A stretch of DNA of 64,000 nucleotides, filler included, from Stramenopiles sp. TOSAG23-6 (Eukaryota): the NCBI GenBank assembly GCA_900128565.1. It is 11 parts of 11 records of this genome, joined end to end, with 100 filler letters (N's around TTAATTAATTAA, not from the genome) between each part and the next. Parts side by side here need not be neighbours in the genome. Positions count along the whole stretch, not along the records: positions 41,288 to 48,052 come from LT636650.1; positions 48,153 to 54,913 come from LT636651.1; positions 55,014 to 61,768 come from LT636652.1; 8 more parts are not named here. One strand, written 5' to 3'. Below the pieces are notes generated by a model that saw only the letters and a program-made list of their open reading frames with translations, did no database searches and had not been told where the DNA came from. How positions within the stretch are numbered: the stretch's first letter is position 1; each line of letters opens with the position of its first letter. Positions 45,591 to 56,085 of this stretch are shown piece by piece. Position numbers and translations under genes: made by a program.

Positions 45591-47740
45591 TTAACTATTT
45601 GACTGTTTGATTGTAGCTGCATGTATAGCATCATGTAAAGCATTTCGTGCTTTTACAATACTTTCTGATGTCTTGGTGGCAGTTTCACTTTTCTTGAGTT
45701 GTTCAGNNNNNNNNNNNNNNNNNNNNNNNNNNNNNNNNNNNNNNNNNNNNNNNNNNNNNNNNNNNNNNNNNNNNNNNNNNNNNNNNNNNNNNNNNNNNNN
45801 NNNNNNNNNNNNNNNNNNNNNNNNNNNNNNNNNNNNNNNNNNNNNNNNNNNNNNNNNNNNNNNNNNNNNNNNNNNNNNNNNNAAAATAATTTTTTTAGTA
45901 AAAAATTTTGTACGAAAAAAAAAAAAAAAAAATCAATTTTGAAAACGTACATTATTTTGTAAATGAAATTCACCTAACATGAGACCTTTTCTAACAAAAT
46001 CAATCTTACAAGCCCTCTGGGTATCATCAATAAAATGCTTTGCATCATTAGCTAATATATCAGGAAAAATGAGAATTAGTGTTTTAAATTTCCTTCGTGT
46101 TCCTGATGTTGGTTCCAATGATAAAAAACGATCCAGGAACCGTCTAATGAACTTCCGCATAGAAACTTTATCTTTATTTTGTAATTGTCCAGTGTGTAAT
46201 ACACTCATATATATCGTATTCCTACGCAACGCACCTGGCATGAATGGACACACAGGACCAGATCTACCTGATCCTGGATGTGGTTTTGCAAGAAACTCAC
46301 GAAGGTAGCATAAGATATCTTGATAGGGATTCATCACAGAGTCGAAATTATGATGTCCATCTGTAGCAGATATTTCATGATTCATTCCACTTTTGTCATT
46401 ATTTTCAACACTTTCAGGCGGCTCGAAAATTTCAATGACATTTATTTGATCTATGGTATTCGAAGTAATAGTATTAGTATGATTGTCATCATGATTAAGC
46501 GACTGTAACTGTTGATCAATATCTTTAGGTGTGAGCAAAGGGCAAGTTGATACATTTGGAAATGGATTTTCTAGATTTTTTTTGTTTTTGTTATAAGGAC
46601 AGGAATAATTACTTTCATTCTTTTTATGCAAAGATAATATTGTTTTTGGTATAGTACTCAATAACTTTTGAATGATTGATGATGACTCTTCTGAATCAAA
46701 TAAGAAAAATAAAATTGCAACAATCATTGCAATCACAAATAAATGTCGTGCTTCTTGATTGGTTGAAGTAAAAATACCATGTATGGATGAAAAATATTTC
46801 AAAAATTTGAAATTCGTTATGTATGAATTTTTTTTTCGGAAAAAAGAAATTTAAATTCATAATGAAAATATACATATTCAGTATTCAATGTAGAATATGC
46901 AATTATTGATACTACAATAGATACACACACACCAATAAACCATATTGGTTGCTTTAATAAGCCTCCCTTTCTGATAGGTGTGTTTTTGATTACAGCAGAG
47001 GCAAGCTTTTCAGTAAATATTTCACTCATTCTCATTCGAGAAACCCAAGCCAAAGTACTCGGAAAAATATATGGATTGCCATTTGCACAAACACCCGTGG
47101 CAGCACGTAATATTTCGGCAAGAGGGGGGTGGTGTCCAAAGAATGCACTCCTAAACGCATAATCACAACTGTTATCTTGATCAAATACAAACACCCCACC
47201 AACTTGAAAAATGTCGCCAGGATATATATCAACAGTACCTCCAGGTGCAAAATTATCATTGAAACCAGCCAAAACAGCAGCTTCACCAAGGGCTTTTGAT
47301 TGTTCTGTGAATAAATGACGACCCCTTCGAAGTCGCAATGCCCTATAAGTTAGAGATACACGAGAAATATTGCCTCCATCCTCTGGACAATTTGGTTCCA
47401 GAGTTGGGTCACCACATGTGTTAGCATCCAAATATAATTCACCTTTATAACCACTCTCCTGCAAAAACAAATCAGCAGAATCTTGATTACCAAGCGAAAC
47501 AAATATCAGGTCGACATTGTGTTCGACAAGTTTTTTTGCAATTGATATAAGCTGAGCACTTTGTTGTTTGCAGAATCTACAACCCAAATGGCGTAAAAAA
47601 GCGACGACTACTCTACGACCTTTCCATAATTGATACAATGAGATACGACTGCCCTTTACAAACGTTGGGTGAACGTTGGTGGCGACATGAAGAGAAAGCT
47701 CTCCAGTTGATGGTATTGAAACACTTTGGCGACGTGCCAT
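45591..47740 (-). CDS. Fusion protein: AhpC/TSA-2 (PRXL2-like) domain, TM segments and DUF6875-like domain (intron 46779-46873; second intron from 45950 into a gap)
   Basis: FLRHLGCRFC, FQVGGVFVF; FLAKPHP..GRSGPVCPF.P.AL, F...GLMLGEFH. Confidence 0.7.
45883..45950 (-). mobile_element. Introner-like intron, 5' part
   Basis: AAT|GTACGTTTTC...TTCGTACAAAATTTT. Confidence 0.7.
46779..46873 (-). mobile_element. Introner-like GT-AT intron, 95 nt
   Basis: TAT|GTATAT...ATACATAAC...CATCCATACAT|GGT joins two ORFs in frame (TEY-GIF). Confidence 0.8.
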
Positions 47741-48152
47741 TATAATTCTAGTTGAATAAGGCGTAGATTTGATAGATTAGTGAAACACAAAGTAATGTCC
47801 CTTTTGCGCTAAGCGCTTGCTGAAATCGGAATTAAATCGGTCAGAAACAAACGATGTCGATGATGCATGTTGACATCATCAAACAAGAGCCAATTTCAAA
47901 TTGCAATAAATGGCAAAAAACGAAAATGGTACAAAAGCTATACATGTAGGAACTGTATCGTACTTGAAATGTCTCTCTTTGTATTCCTCGCACAAACATT
48001 AAAAAATTGGGAAAATATTTTTTTAATTAAATTTATTTTTTCAAAGAAGATTNNNNNNNNNNNNNNNNNNNNNNNNNNNNNNNNNNNNNNNNNNNNTTAA
48101 TTAATTAANNNNNNNNNNNNNNNNNNNNNNNNNNNNNNNNNNNNNNNNNNNN

Positions 48153-48236
48153 ATTTTTTTTCAATTTCGAATTTATTTTTTTATAAAAATTTTGTACCTA
48201 ACAAAAAAAAATTTGAAATATTTTTCCAAAATACAT
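48153..48236 (+). mobile_element. Introner-like intron, 3' part
   Basis: GTACCTAAC...CAAAATACAT|ATT TGG TTA AGA; no AG between branch motif and the conserved Trp codon. Confidence 0.85.
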
Positions 48237-49130
48237 ATTTGGTTAAGAATGGCCGAATGTTGCATTTGTGTGTATCATCAGAATCAGCAGTTGCATCCAT
48301 CAATTATACGAGAAATACTCGGTGAGGATGATGATGACGTATTTCGTGTTATTTTATGGAGTTCAAAATGGTCTGATTCCAATAATTCTAATAATTCTCA
48401 TCAAATTGATGCATCTACTACAACAGAAGTTTTGGATCAAAACGGAAAAGAATATTCACTTCAATATGCTTTACTGTACTTAAAACGTACACTTTCAATT
48501 TTACAGCAAAATGGTATTTGTATAACAAAACAAGAGACTGAAACAAATACAAATACAAGTGTTACTAGTCATAATACAAATACAAGTGTTACTAGTCATA
48601 AAACAAATCAATCTCCTCGTGGAAGTTTGTATGGTCAATTACATTCTACATTACTTAATATGGCATATGTTTATCTTTGTCTCAATGACCCTTATAATGC
48701 TTTCAATACTTCGAAACAATTATTAATGATACCAGTAGGATCTAAAATAGGCCAATGTTCAGAGAAAATCCATAATCAAGTAGTACAATATAACGTAGAA
48801 GCACTTATTTATTTGGGTCGTCCAGATGAGGCACTAAAAATTCATTTAAATAATTCGAAAGACGTATTAAAAAATGATAATTTAGACAATTTAAAGAAAC
48901 ATAAAGTTGATGGAATAAAAAATGCCAATTTAGCAAATATTTATCTTGCATGTGATGATATTGATAACGCAGAGAAATGTGCTGAAAAGGCTGTTATGGC
49001 AAATATTGGCGTTGAAGCAATTAGAATTCTTTTATACATTTATATGAAAAGAGGTAATGTTGAAAGCGCATTGAAACTTCTCCAAAAGCAAAAAATACAA
49101 AAGGGATCTTATGATAAAAATAAAACATAA
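48237..49130 (+). CDS. CNOT10: CCR4-NOT subunit 10, last exon
   Basis: IWLRMAECCI, AYVYLCLNDP, Y..EALI.LGR..EAL TPR motifs. Confidence 0.85.
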   Translation: MWLRMAECCICVYHQNQQLHPSIIREILGEDDDDVFRVILWSSKWSDSNNSNNSHQIDASTTTEVLDQNGKEYSLQYALLYLKRTLSILQQNGICITKQETETNTNTSVTSHNTNTSVTSHKTNQSPRGSLYGQLHSTLLNMAYVYLCLNDPYNAFNTSKQLLMIPVGSKIGQCSEKIHNQVVQYNVEALIYLGRPDEALKIHLNNSKDVLKNDNLDNLKKHKVDGIKNANLANIYLACDDIDNAEKCAEKAVMANIGVEAIRILLYIYMKRGNVESALKLLQKQKIQKGSYDKNKT

Positions 49131-49409
49131 TCTTTCCTCCTTATATATTTCACCACATATCAGTATAAAACGGAAATTTGTAGAAATATATATATGTATA
49201 AAATGTTTTCTGTACAATATTACCTTTTGGCTACATTGAATTATTTTTGAGAAGAAAGCTACAATGTCATTAAGAAGGGTTATTGTCATTTATTCATTAG
49301 GATCCATCACTTTTTCTGGTTTTTCTGGTTCACTATGCTATATATTAATTATTCCACACCATTGGTGGAGTAAAGGAAACATGGATATGCCAAACATTCA
49401 TGATTACAA

Positions 49410-49799
49410 TTATGCGCTTTGTAACTTTCTTTGTTCCGGATAACCATTATTTCCGTTTTGCGGTCTCTGTTGTTGCACCCCGTACTTTAACTGTAACGAT
49501 GTCAGCTCTTTCTGTGCCTTTCGAAAATTTTCTGTTAACGACTCAAGTACCTTTTTAATGCCAGTTTGATTTACCTTTACCGCTGGAAGTACAGCTCCGA
49601 CAGTGTGTTCAACAAGTACTCCACCCACCATTCGGAAACACTTGCGGTCAGAATTTGTACCACTGAGTGTTTTAATAACCATGGAATGTTCGTTCTCATC
49701 CATCTCTAACTCCGACATCTTTTGCTGAAGACTATGTGCCATCTGCTCAAGCTCCTGTATTCGACGTCTAGCCTTTTCAGGTGTCATCTTATCTGCCAT
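49410..49799 (-). CDS. PFDN2: Prefoldin subunit 2
   Basis: ELE.D..EH.MVI.TL.....RKCFRMVGGVLVE.TV..VLP. Confidence 0.93.
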   Translation of the reverse strand: MADKMTPEKARRRIQELEQMAHSLQQKMSELEMDENEHSMVIKTLSGTNSDRKCFRMVGGVLVEHTVGAVLPAVKVNQTGIKKVLESLTENFRKAQKELTSLQLKYGVQQQRPQNGNNGYPEQRKLQSA

Positions 49800-50060
49800 A
49801 TTTCTATTATGATGTGCTTAAAATTGTACTACTACTATGTGGAGAACGAATAAGCGTGTGAGTCTGTCTGTTTGAGTTTGACAGGCTGACTGGCCGATCG
49901 AAAATTTAAATTCCAAATTCAATTTTACGTTTACAATTTTATATCTCAAGTTTATAATATTATATAGCCTTGATATTATACAGTAATGATAATAATGATT
50001 AAAAAAATGCTTGAGCAAATCAAGTAATTTCTAGCTATATATGACGGTCATAATTTGATA

Positions 50061-50849
50061 TCAATATAAATCCCGCGTTAATTCTTCTGCTTCGTTTGCC
50101 CATTTTATTATTAAACCATAATCTACCTTATTAAAGACTTTAGCTATTTCATGTCGTATATTTGTTTCAAGCACATCAAGACGATCATTTTTCTCTTTAT
50201 CGGTATCATTACAGTTGTTAGAACAATTTTGCTTATCTTCATTGGTAAACAACTTCTTTTGCCTCTTTTTTGGAGGTTCCAAAGCTGATTCGTCATTGTT
50301 GTCAATAGCGTTTAAAGTCCGTCCTGTCTCATAATCTGCTCCAAACTTTTTAATACAGATTCTGACGCCATTAACACATCCCCAATCTGTATTCTTCACA
50401 AGTGGCTTATTGCGCAGTTCATTCATTGCTGTCTTTACTCCTTTCCCGTAATTCCTCTTGCGATAAAGCGACAGGTGGAGTGTTTTGCCTGAAATCTCAC
50501 CCGAAATTCCTTCCGGAAAGCCTGCTAATTTCACAGCGGTGTTCAATGCTTTACGACTACCACTCTCGAGACCAAGTGCCAAGCACATAGGCCAGTTAAG
50601 CAGTCCTGTTACTTTCAACTTCAGCGGAAACTCCAGAGAAGTTTCCAAGTAAACAGCTGCTGCTTCTTCTTCTGTCAACTTTACTTCCTTTAGGCTAATG
50701 TGACGAGTACCATCACGTTGGAAGCATTCTTGCTGAAGTCTTGAGCCTGCTAAAGCTCTGCATTTTGCCAACCTTTGAAGGTACTTTGGATCACCCTCAT
50801 GCTCACCGTCGGCTAACGCAAGGTAAATAATATACTTTATTTTTGGCAT
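50061..50849 (-). CDS. Hypothetical protein, possible 2H phosphoesterase
   Basis: Two HxS motifs (RHISL, LHLSL) about 75 aa apart. Confidence 0.5.
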   Translation of the reverse strand: MPKIKYIIYLALADGEHEGDPKYLQRLAKCRALAGSRLQQECFQRDGTRHISLKEVKLTEEEAAAVYLETSLEFPLKLKVTGLLNWPMCLALGLESGSRKALNTAVKLAGFPEGISGEISGKTLHLSLYRKRNYGKGVKTAMNELRNKPLVKNTDWGCVNGVRICIKKFGADYETGRTLNAIDNNDESALEPPKKRQKKLFTNEDKQNCSNNCNDTDKEKNDRLDVLETNIRHEIAKVFNKVDYGLIIKWANEAEELTRDLY

Positions 50850-51069
50850 TCCAGTTTTGATTGTAATTAAATAATTTAATAATTGTTCAATTAGTGTCGT
50901 CGTGAATCGTGATGACATCAACAACAGCAGGTTTGTCGTTTTTTTTGACCGCTTTGATGTTGAAAGCCATCAGATGTTTACATAATGTTAACACAACAAC
51001 AACAACAACAACAACAAAAACAACAACTTCGACCAAAGAAGACCAAGTTACTTTAAGTTAGTGTTCACT

Positions 51070-51819
51070 ATGATTGTAGGGACAGCCCAACTTTTATTAC
51101 CTCTTAATGATTGGTTTCATGGTCATTTCTTTGCTGCTTCTCGTCGATATGGTATTACTGCTAACCAGAGACTTCAACATGAATGTCTGAGAGACGGATT
51201 GAACGGAGAATATGAGTGTACGATTCTTGATTATGAAGAAAAGCGCCAGATTACACTTGAAGTATATCGAAGTGGGGGAGATTTAGTCACACTACATGAT
51301 ACATCCAATAGCAATTTTCAAAATTTGGATACGAAAGACTTTAAAACTTCAAAACTTCATTTTGAAACAATCAAACTTTTATCAGGTGACAAAGCGGTAC
51401 AACATATTCGACGATTCTTTCCAAAAANTAGNTCACCTTTGAGTGACCAAACGTTGTATACATATACTGTTGCCATAGGTCACATGTCGTTAAACAATTT
51501 TGATTTTACAAGGGGTAGGCGTATATTAGATACAGCTTTTAGTTCTAGTCATTTTGTTCAATCAGAAAGCAGTAGTCTTTCTAAAAAGCAGTCACATACT
51601 TTGAATAAATCAAACTCAAATGTAAGTGGTACTTTAAAGGTTGCAGTTATGTGTGAAAATAATACTAGAAATAAACGTACCAATGTTGCTATAAAAGCAT
51701 CTGGCGGTTGGATTCAGAGTAATCGTTTGCTAAAGAAGAAAAAGAAGGGAAAACATTTCAGAGCTGCGTTTCGTGACCAAGGAATTTCAATATCTCAATC
51801 TCAACAAATTGAAGTTTAG
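51070..51819 (+). CDS. Hypothetical protein
   Basis: ~250-aa ORF preceded by an (AAC)n tract. Confidence 0.55.
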   Translation: MIVGTAQLLLPLNDWFHGHFFAASRRYGITANQRLQHECLRDGLNGEYECTILDYEEKRQITLEVYRSGGDLVTLHDTSNSNFQNLDTKDFKTSKLHFETIKLLSGDKAVQHIRRFFPKXXSPLSDQTLYTYTVAIGHMSLNNFDFTRGRRILDTAFSSSHFVQSESSSLSKKQSHTLNKSNSNVSGTLKVAVMCENNTRNKRTNVAIKASGGWIQSNRLLKKKKKGKHFRAAFRDQGISISQSQQIEV

Positions 51820-52061
51820 TTCAATATAAAATACTACTCAACAAAGTATTCATAAACACAGACATAACTAGCTAATCTATAATCTATAATAAAATATTGT
51901 ATAAGATTGAAATAAATACGGGAATTCTTACTCAAATAAAAGGCAAAGTGTTTATTCAAAAATAAAAAAAATTAAAAAAAAAATTAAAAAAAAAATTTTT
52001 TTTTAAATTTAAAAAAAAAATTAAAGAGGCAAAGTTTTTATCAAAATCATTTTCCCTTTTT

Positions 52062-54828
52062 TTATTGATCATTGACTACATTTTGAATTTCTTGAATCGA
52101 CATCGAACTAGATGATAAAGTTGGGCAATACTCATCCCATTTATCCTCAACAGTGTCTACAATAATAATATCGCTATCTTTTGGACTTTTTACACTAAAT
52201 GAATTTGATGCATCTAAAAAACTTGACATTCTCCTCTTCTTAGCATCGAGATCCTCTCCTTTTGTATAGTCTCCAAGAGCTCTCGAAGATGGGAAACGCC
52301 CGAGTCGTTTTGATGCAGGTGAAGATAAAATTGACCTCGACGCAGGAAGTCGACCAAATGGTTTTGGAAATTGGATAGAGCTTGATGAAGTTGCAAGACT
52401 ATTGGGGGTAGTACATCTAATTCTCAATTCTTCTCCGTTTGATAGTTTTAATCGACTCCTCTTAATTACCTTTAAGAGTTGCAAACGTAAAAATGAATTT
52501 TCTTTGCGTAAAGAGTTCAGAGTTTTGTTTTGCTTGTGATGTAAAATCTTTAATAAATTTAAATTTCTATTATCCATTCGTAATTGCTCAAGAGTTTTTT
52601 CATTACAATCACTAAAACTCTTGGGTAATTCTTTNCCTNTTAGANTTTTTTTTTCTTTTCCATTATTCTCATTATTTTTAGTTGGTTTTGATGGTGATGT
52701 AACTTGAACAAGTGTAAGCTCCGAGTTTTCTTTGTGCTGTTCATCCTTCGTCACATTCACTCCATTCAATGCATTTTTATTCTTGTTAACATTACTCTTT
52801 GTTTTAAGGCTTACATGAGCTTCACATTGAGGTGGCATTCGAAATGTTATTGTCACTGGACGCTCACAATTTGCCAATAATTCTAAAACTTCATCAAAAG
52901 TTTTATGGTTAAATGAATGCATACTTTCTTCATCGAAATGCCGACACCCAACAACGATACACCCACGACATAATTTAGTCCAATTTTCTTTGTCAGTCGC
53001 AGGAAGTTTTGCTTCGATTTTTTTTGATACATATTTTACTTGAACCGAATATTTCAACTCCAATCCAATTTTACTCTTGCTTAGGTTGACATCTGTTAAC
53101 ATTAAACCCAATTTACCTGGACCAAACGTGACTTCAAACTCTTCACGGGCATCCCAATTTCCTAATTTATTGCATAAAGCATTCGCAATCTGAGGGTCAT
53201 CGCGAACTAATTTGATAAATTCAGTGCAACCTACAGGTCTAGTAGCCAAAACAGCCCGAGCTGTAATTACAACTTTACTTGACGTTGAAGCTAATGATGG
53301 CGCAATTAATTGATCTTCCGTTACTAATGTTGCATGCGAGCATAACCATTTTAATAAAGCTTGAGACTCAGATGGATCTAATTCTCCATTTCCGTCTACA
53401 TCAAAAAGAGAAAAACAAAGTCTTACTTTTTTGTGAAAAATATGTTTTACGTTTGAAATTCGTTAGGTATGGAATTTTGTATGAAAAAAATACATTTAAA
53501 ATTCCTAATAAAAACATACATTTGTTGTCTAAACTACCTTCTCCATTTATAAGACTCATACCTGTAATAAATGACCCTAAACTAAGCCCAGCTTGTAGAG
53601 GAATATTGAGTACATTTTCATTTCCTCCTTTATCATGTTCTTTCACTTTTGCTTTTGGAGAAGAACACGCATCTTCAGCCGCCCCTAACATAGTGAATGC
53701 AGTATACAAACCATCTGCATAACTTTCATGCGCTGGAGCAAACATAGCAACAATTCTTTTGAATGATTCACGCGATATTCGTCTATAGTCAGGAATGCGA
53801 TGTCGGGGACTACATTCATTATCAAAAGCATCTACTAACCGATGAAATGCAACTAAACCCAGAGAATTATTTGCAGTATCCCTAAGCACAGATAAATCGC
53901 TTTCAGTGACAATAGCAAGACACTGTAAGCGGAGATGGCGAATATATTTTGCACCACCAATGACACTCAGATTATGTAATATTTGTGAAATAAAGATATC
54001 GGCATCAAATTTTTTCAGCTTGAATGTCCTTAAAGACAGAAAGAAAGTCAACTACATTACTCGTTTCGCATAGGCGATGAGCTCCTATTTGAAGAAGAGT
54101 TAACATTGCTGCAATAAGAATGTTACTACCAGCAATAAATAAAGCATCAATAATTCGAACGACAGTGCATTTCGGCAAATGCATAATAAAAAGACCCATC
54201 ATAGGAGCTACGGCAAACCCTTCGAGTGGTAGTTCTAATTCTCGAAGATGTGCATTCAAAACAGGTAATTCTTGAGAGAGGAGTTCCTCAAGTACTAACA
54301 AGTCTGTTCGAATGCCTTGCATTGACGAAACATAATATTCCGGGCATATTGTTTCAACAATAGCGTTTATAAGCCAGAAAGAAATTTCTTCATCAAGAGA
54401 TGTCATATTCAGTATAAATGCCGCGATGAAATTCATTGATTGACAGTATCCTACTACACGATTTCGCATTGCTACAGCAATTAAAACATTTTGTAATGAA
54501 TCAAGACCACCTTCTTCTGTATTTATTAGTGTACTTGAGATACTCCCGCAAGTGCGTGGCAAATCTCTTTCGATTTGGCATATATTATGAAAAAATATCA
54601 CATTCGAATTGTTTTGTTAGATACAAAATTATCTACGAAAAAAAAAATCAAAATCATTTTTGAAAACATACATAATTCAGTTTTAGTCAAGGCAGTAAAA
54701 CCTAGAGACACAAGTCGTTTGTAGTAATTTTTACCATACTTTTTTGCAGCGTTTTTCATTGCTTGAGTTCCACTTCGTAAACAAATCCATACTTGAGGTC
54801 GAATACTTGGCGGGATCCCTTGCCAAAC
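52062..54828 (-). CDS. Rab-GAP TBC domain, EF-hand and PDZ-like protein, 5'-truncated (introns 54580-54671 and 53426-53519; apparent 1-nt frameshift near 54010)
   Basis: GIPPSIRPQVW, QIERDLPRT, GYCQSMNFIA, LFDVDGNG EF-hand, F.PGKLGL..ERPVTITF. Confidence 0.88.
53426..53519 (-). mobile_element. Introner-family intron with canonical GT-AG ends, 94 nt
   Basis: T|GTATGT...ATACCTAAC...CACAAAAAAG|TA AGA gives KLRLCFSLFDVDGNG. Confidence 0.88.
54580..54671 (-). mobile_element. Introner-like GT-AT intron, 92 nt
   Basis: T|GTATGT...CATAATATAT|GC gives ELCQIERDLPRT. Confidence 0.88.
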
Positions 54829-54913
54829 ATGTACGATAAAGAAATAGTCAAATTCAAAAGTCGTTCGTTACAAAATTTTCAAAAAAAAAAAAAAAAAGAA
54901 AAAAAAAAAAAAA
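54829..54913 (-). mobile_element. Diverged introner-like intron, 3' part
   Basis: ...ATCGTACAT|GTT TGG CAA GGG ATC CCG. Confidence 0.65.
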
Positions 54914-55076
54914 NNNNNNNNNNNNNNNNNNNNNNNNNNNNNNNNNNNNNNNNNNNNTTAATTAATTAANNNNNNNNNNNNNNNNNNNNNNNNNNNNNNN
55001 NNNNNNNNNNNNNAAAAAAACAAAAAAAACAAAAAAAACAAAAAAAACAAAAAAAACAAAAAAAACAATAAAAAAT

Positions 55077-55556
55077 ATGAAAAATAATGATTCTGTCACT
55101 CAATTACGAGTCTCACTTGCTTTATATCAAGGGTTGTTTGAAATGATTCGAACTTGTGATGAAAATTCTTTATATATTGTCAAGTCTAGTGACGTCATAG
55201 CTAATGAATCATCAAATTATTCAAGACAAGATAAAAATATTTGCCTTCAATGGACAAAACAATACATCGGGGAAAAACCATGGGCTGAACATTTACGCAA
55301 TGCAGGAACGATAGCTGGTTATCTTAGTTTGTATGATGAAACAAATATATGTGAACAGTTAATGCTTCTATATTGGACAAAATATATAGATTATATAGAA
55401 AAAATGAAATATAAAGATTCTCAAGGAATTCAAATTTTTGTACGAAAGAGACAAAATCCATATACATTCAAAATTGTACCTGTTTGGACACAATTAGAAA
55501 TGAAGGCTGTTTATAGTTATATACCCTATGATACTACCCTATATGATACCCTATGA
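55077..55556 (+). CDS. Hypothetical protein
   Basis: 159-aa ORF after a (CAAAAAAAA)n tract. Confidence 0.45.
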   Translation: MKNNDSVTQLRVSLALYQGLFEMIRTCDENSLYIVKSSDVIANESSNYSRQDKNICLQWTKQYIGEKPWAEHLRNAGTIAGYLSLYDETNICEQLMLLYWTKYIDYIEKMKYKDSQGIQIFVRKRQNPYTFKIVPVWTQLEMKAVYSYIPYDTTLYDTL

Positions 55557-56085
55557 TATTAAACATTAAATATTTGCCCCCCCCCCCCTGAGGCAGGTTT
55601 GTGTCATCACTTAAAAAAATTGTCGGAGGTCATGTGCAACATATAAAACGATATAAAACACTGAAAAATGTAAAAAGAATCATACAAATTCATAATAATT
55701 TATTTTTAAACCTAACCCTAATTAAATTTTTCATTTTTCATGCAGCCAACTTAAAAGTGTGGGTCCTCGCGCAGCCCTAGATTTTATTCAAAGGAGTTTT
55801 TTTCAAAATTCTTTGACACGAGTTGTTTCGAAGTCTTTCGAAGTTACCTTGTTTGTTCGTTGTGTGAATTAATTCAACATACACGAGTCGTCTCGAGATG
55901 CGCTCCTTGAGTTGAATATATATGAAACTATACATGAAATTATTGTATTATAGTGTGATTACTGTGAAATATATAAATGCTTGTCAAGATATCTATTGAA
56001 ATAGTTGTATAAATTACTTATAGGAATGATTTAATTGTTTTTTTGTGTCAGAAACAATCTTTTTGAGACTAAAATATTCACAAGA

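Noticed and set aside
54001-54020. Frameshift in the TBC gene (GAA AAA ATT TGA) as programmed frameshifting
   Set aside because: A single base error in an A/T homopolymer explains it; no stimulatory structure seen.
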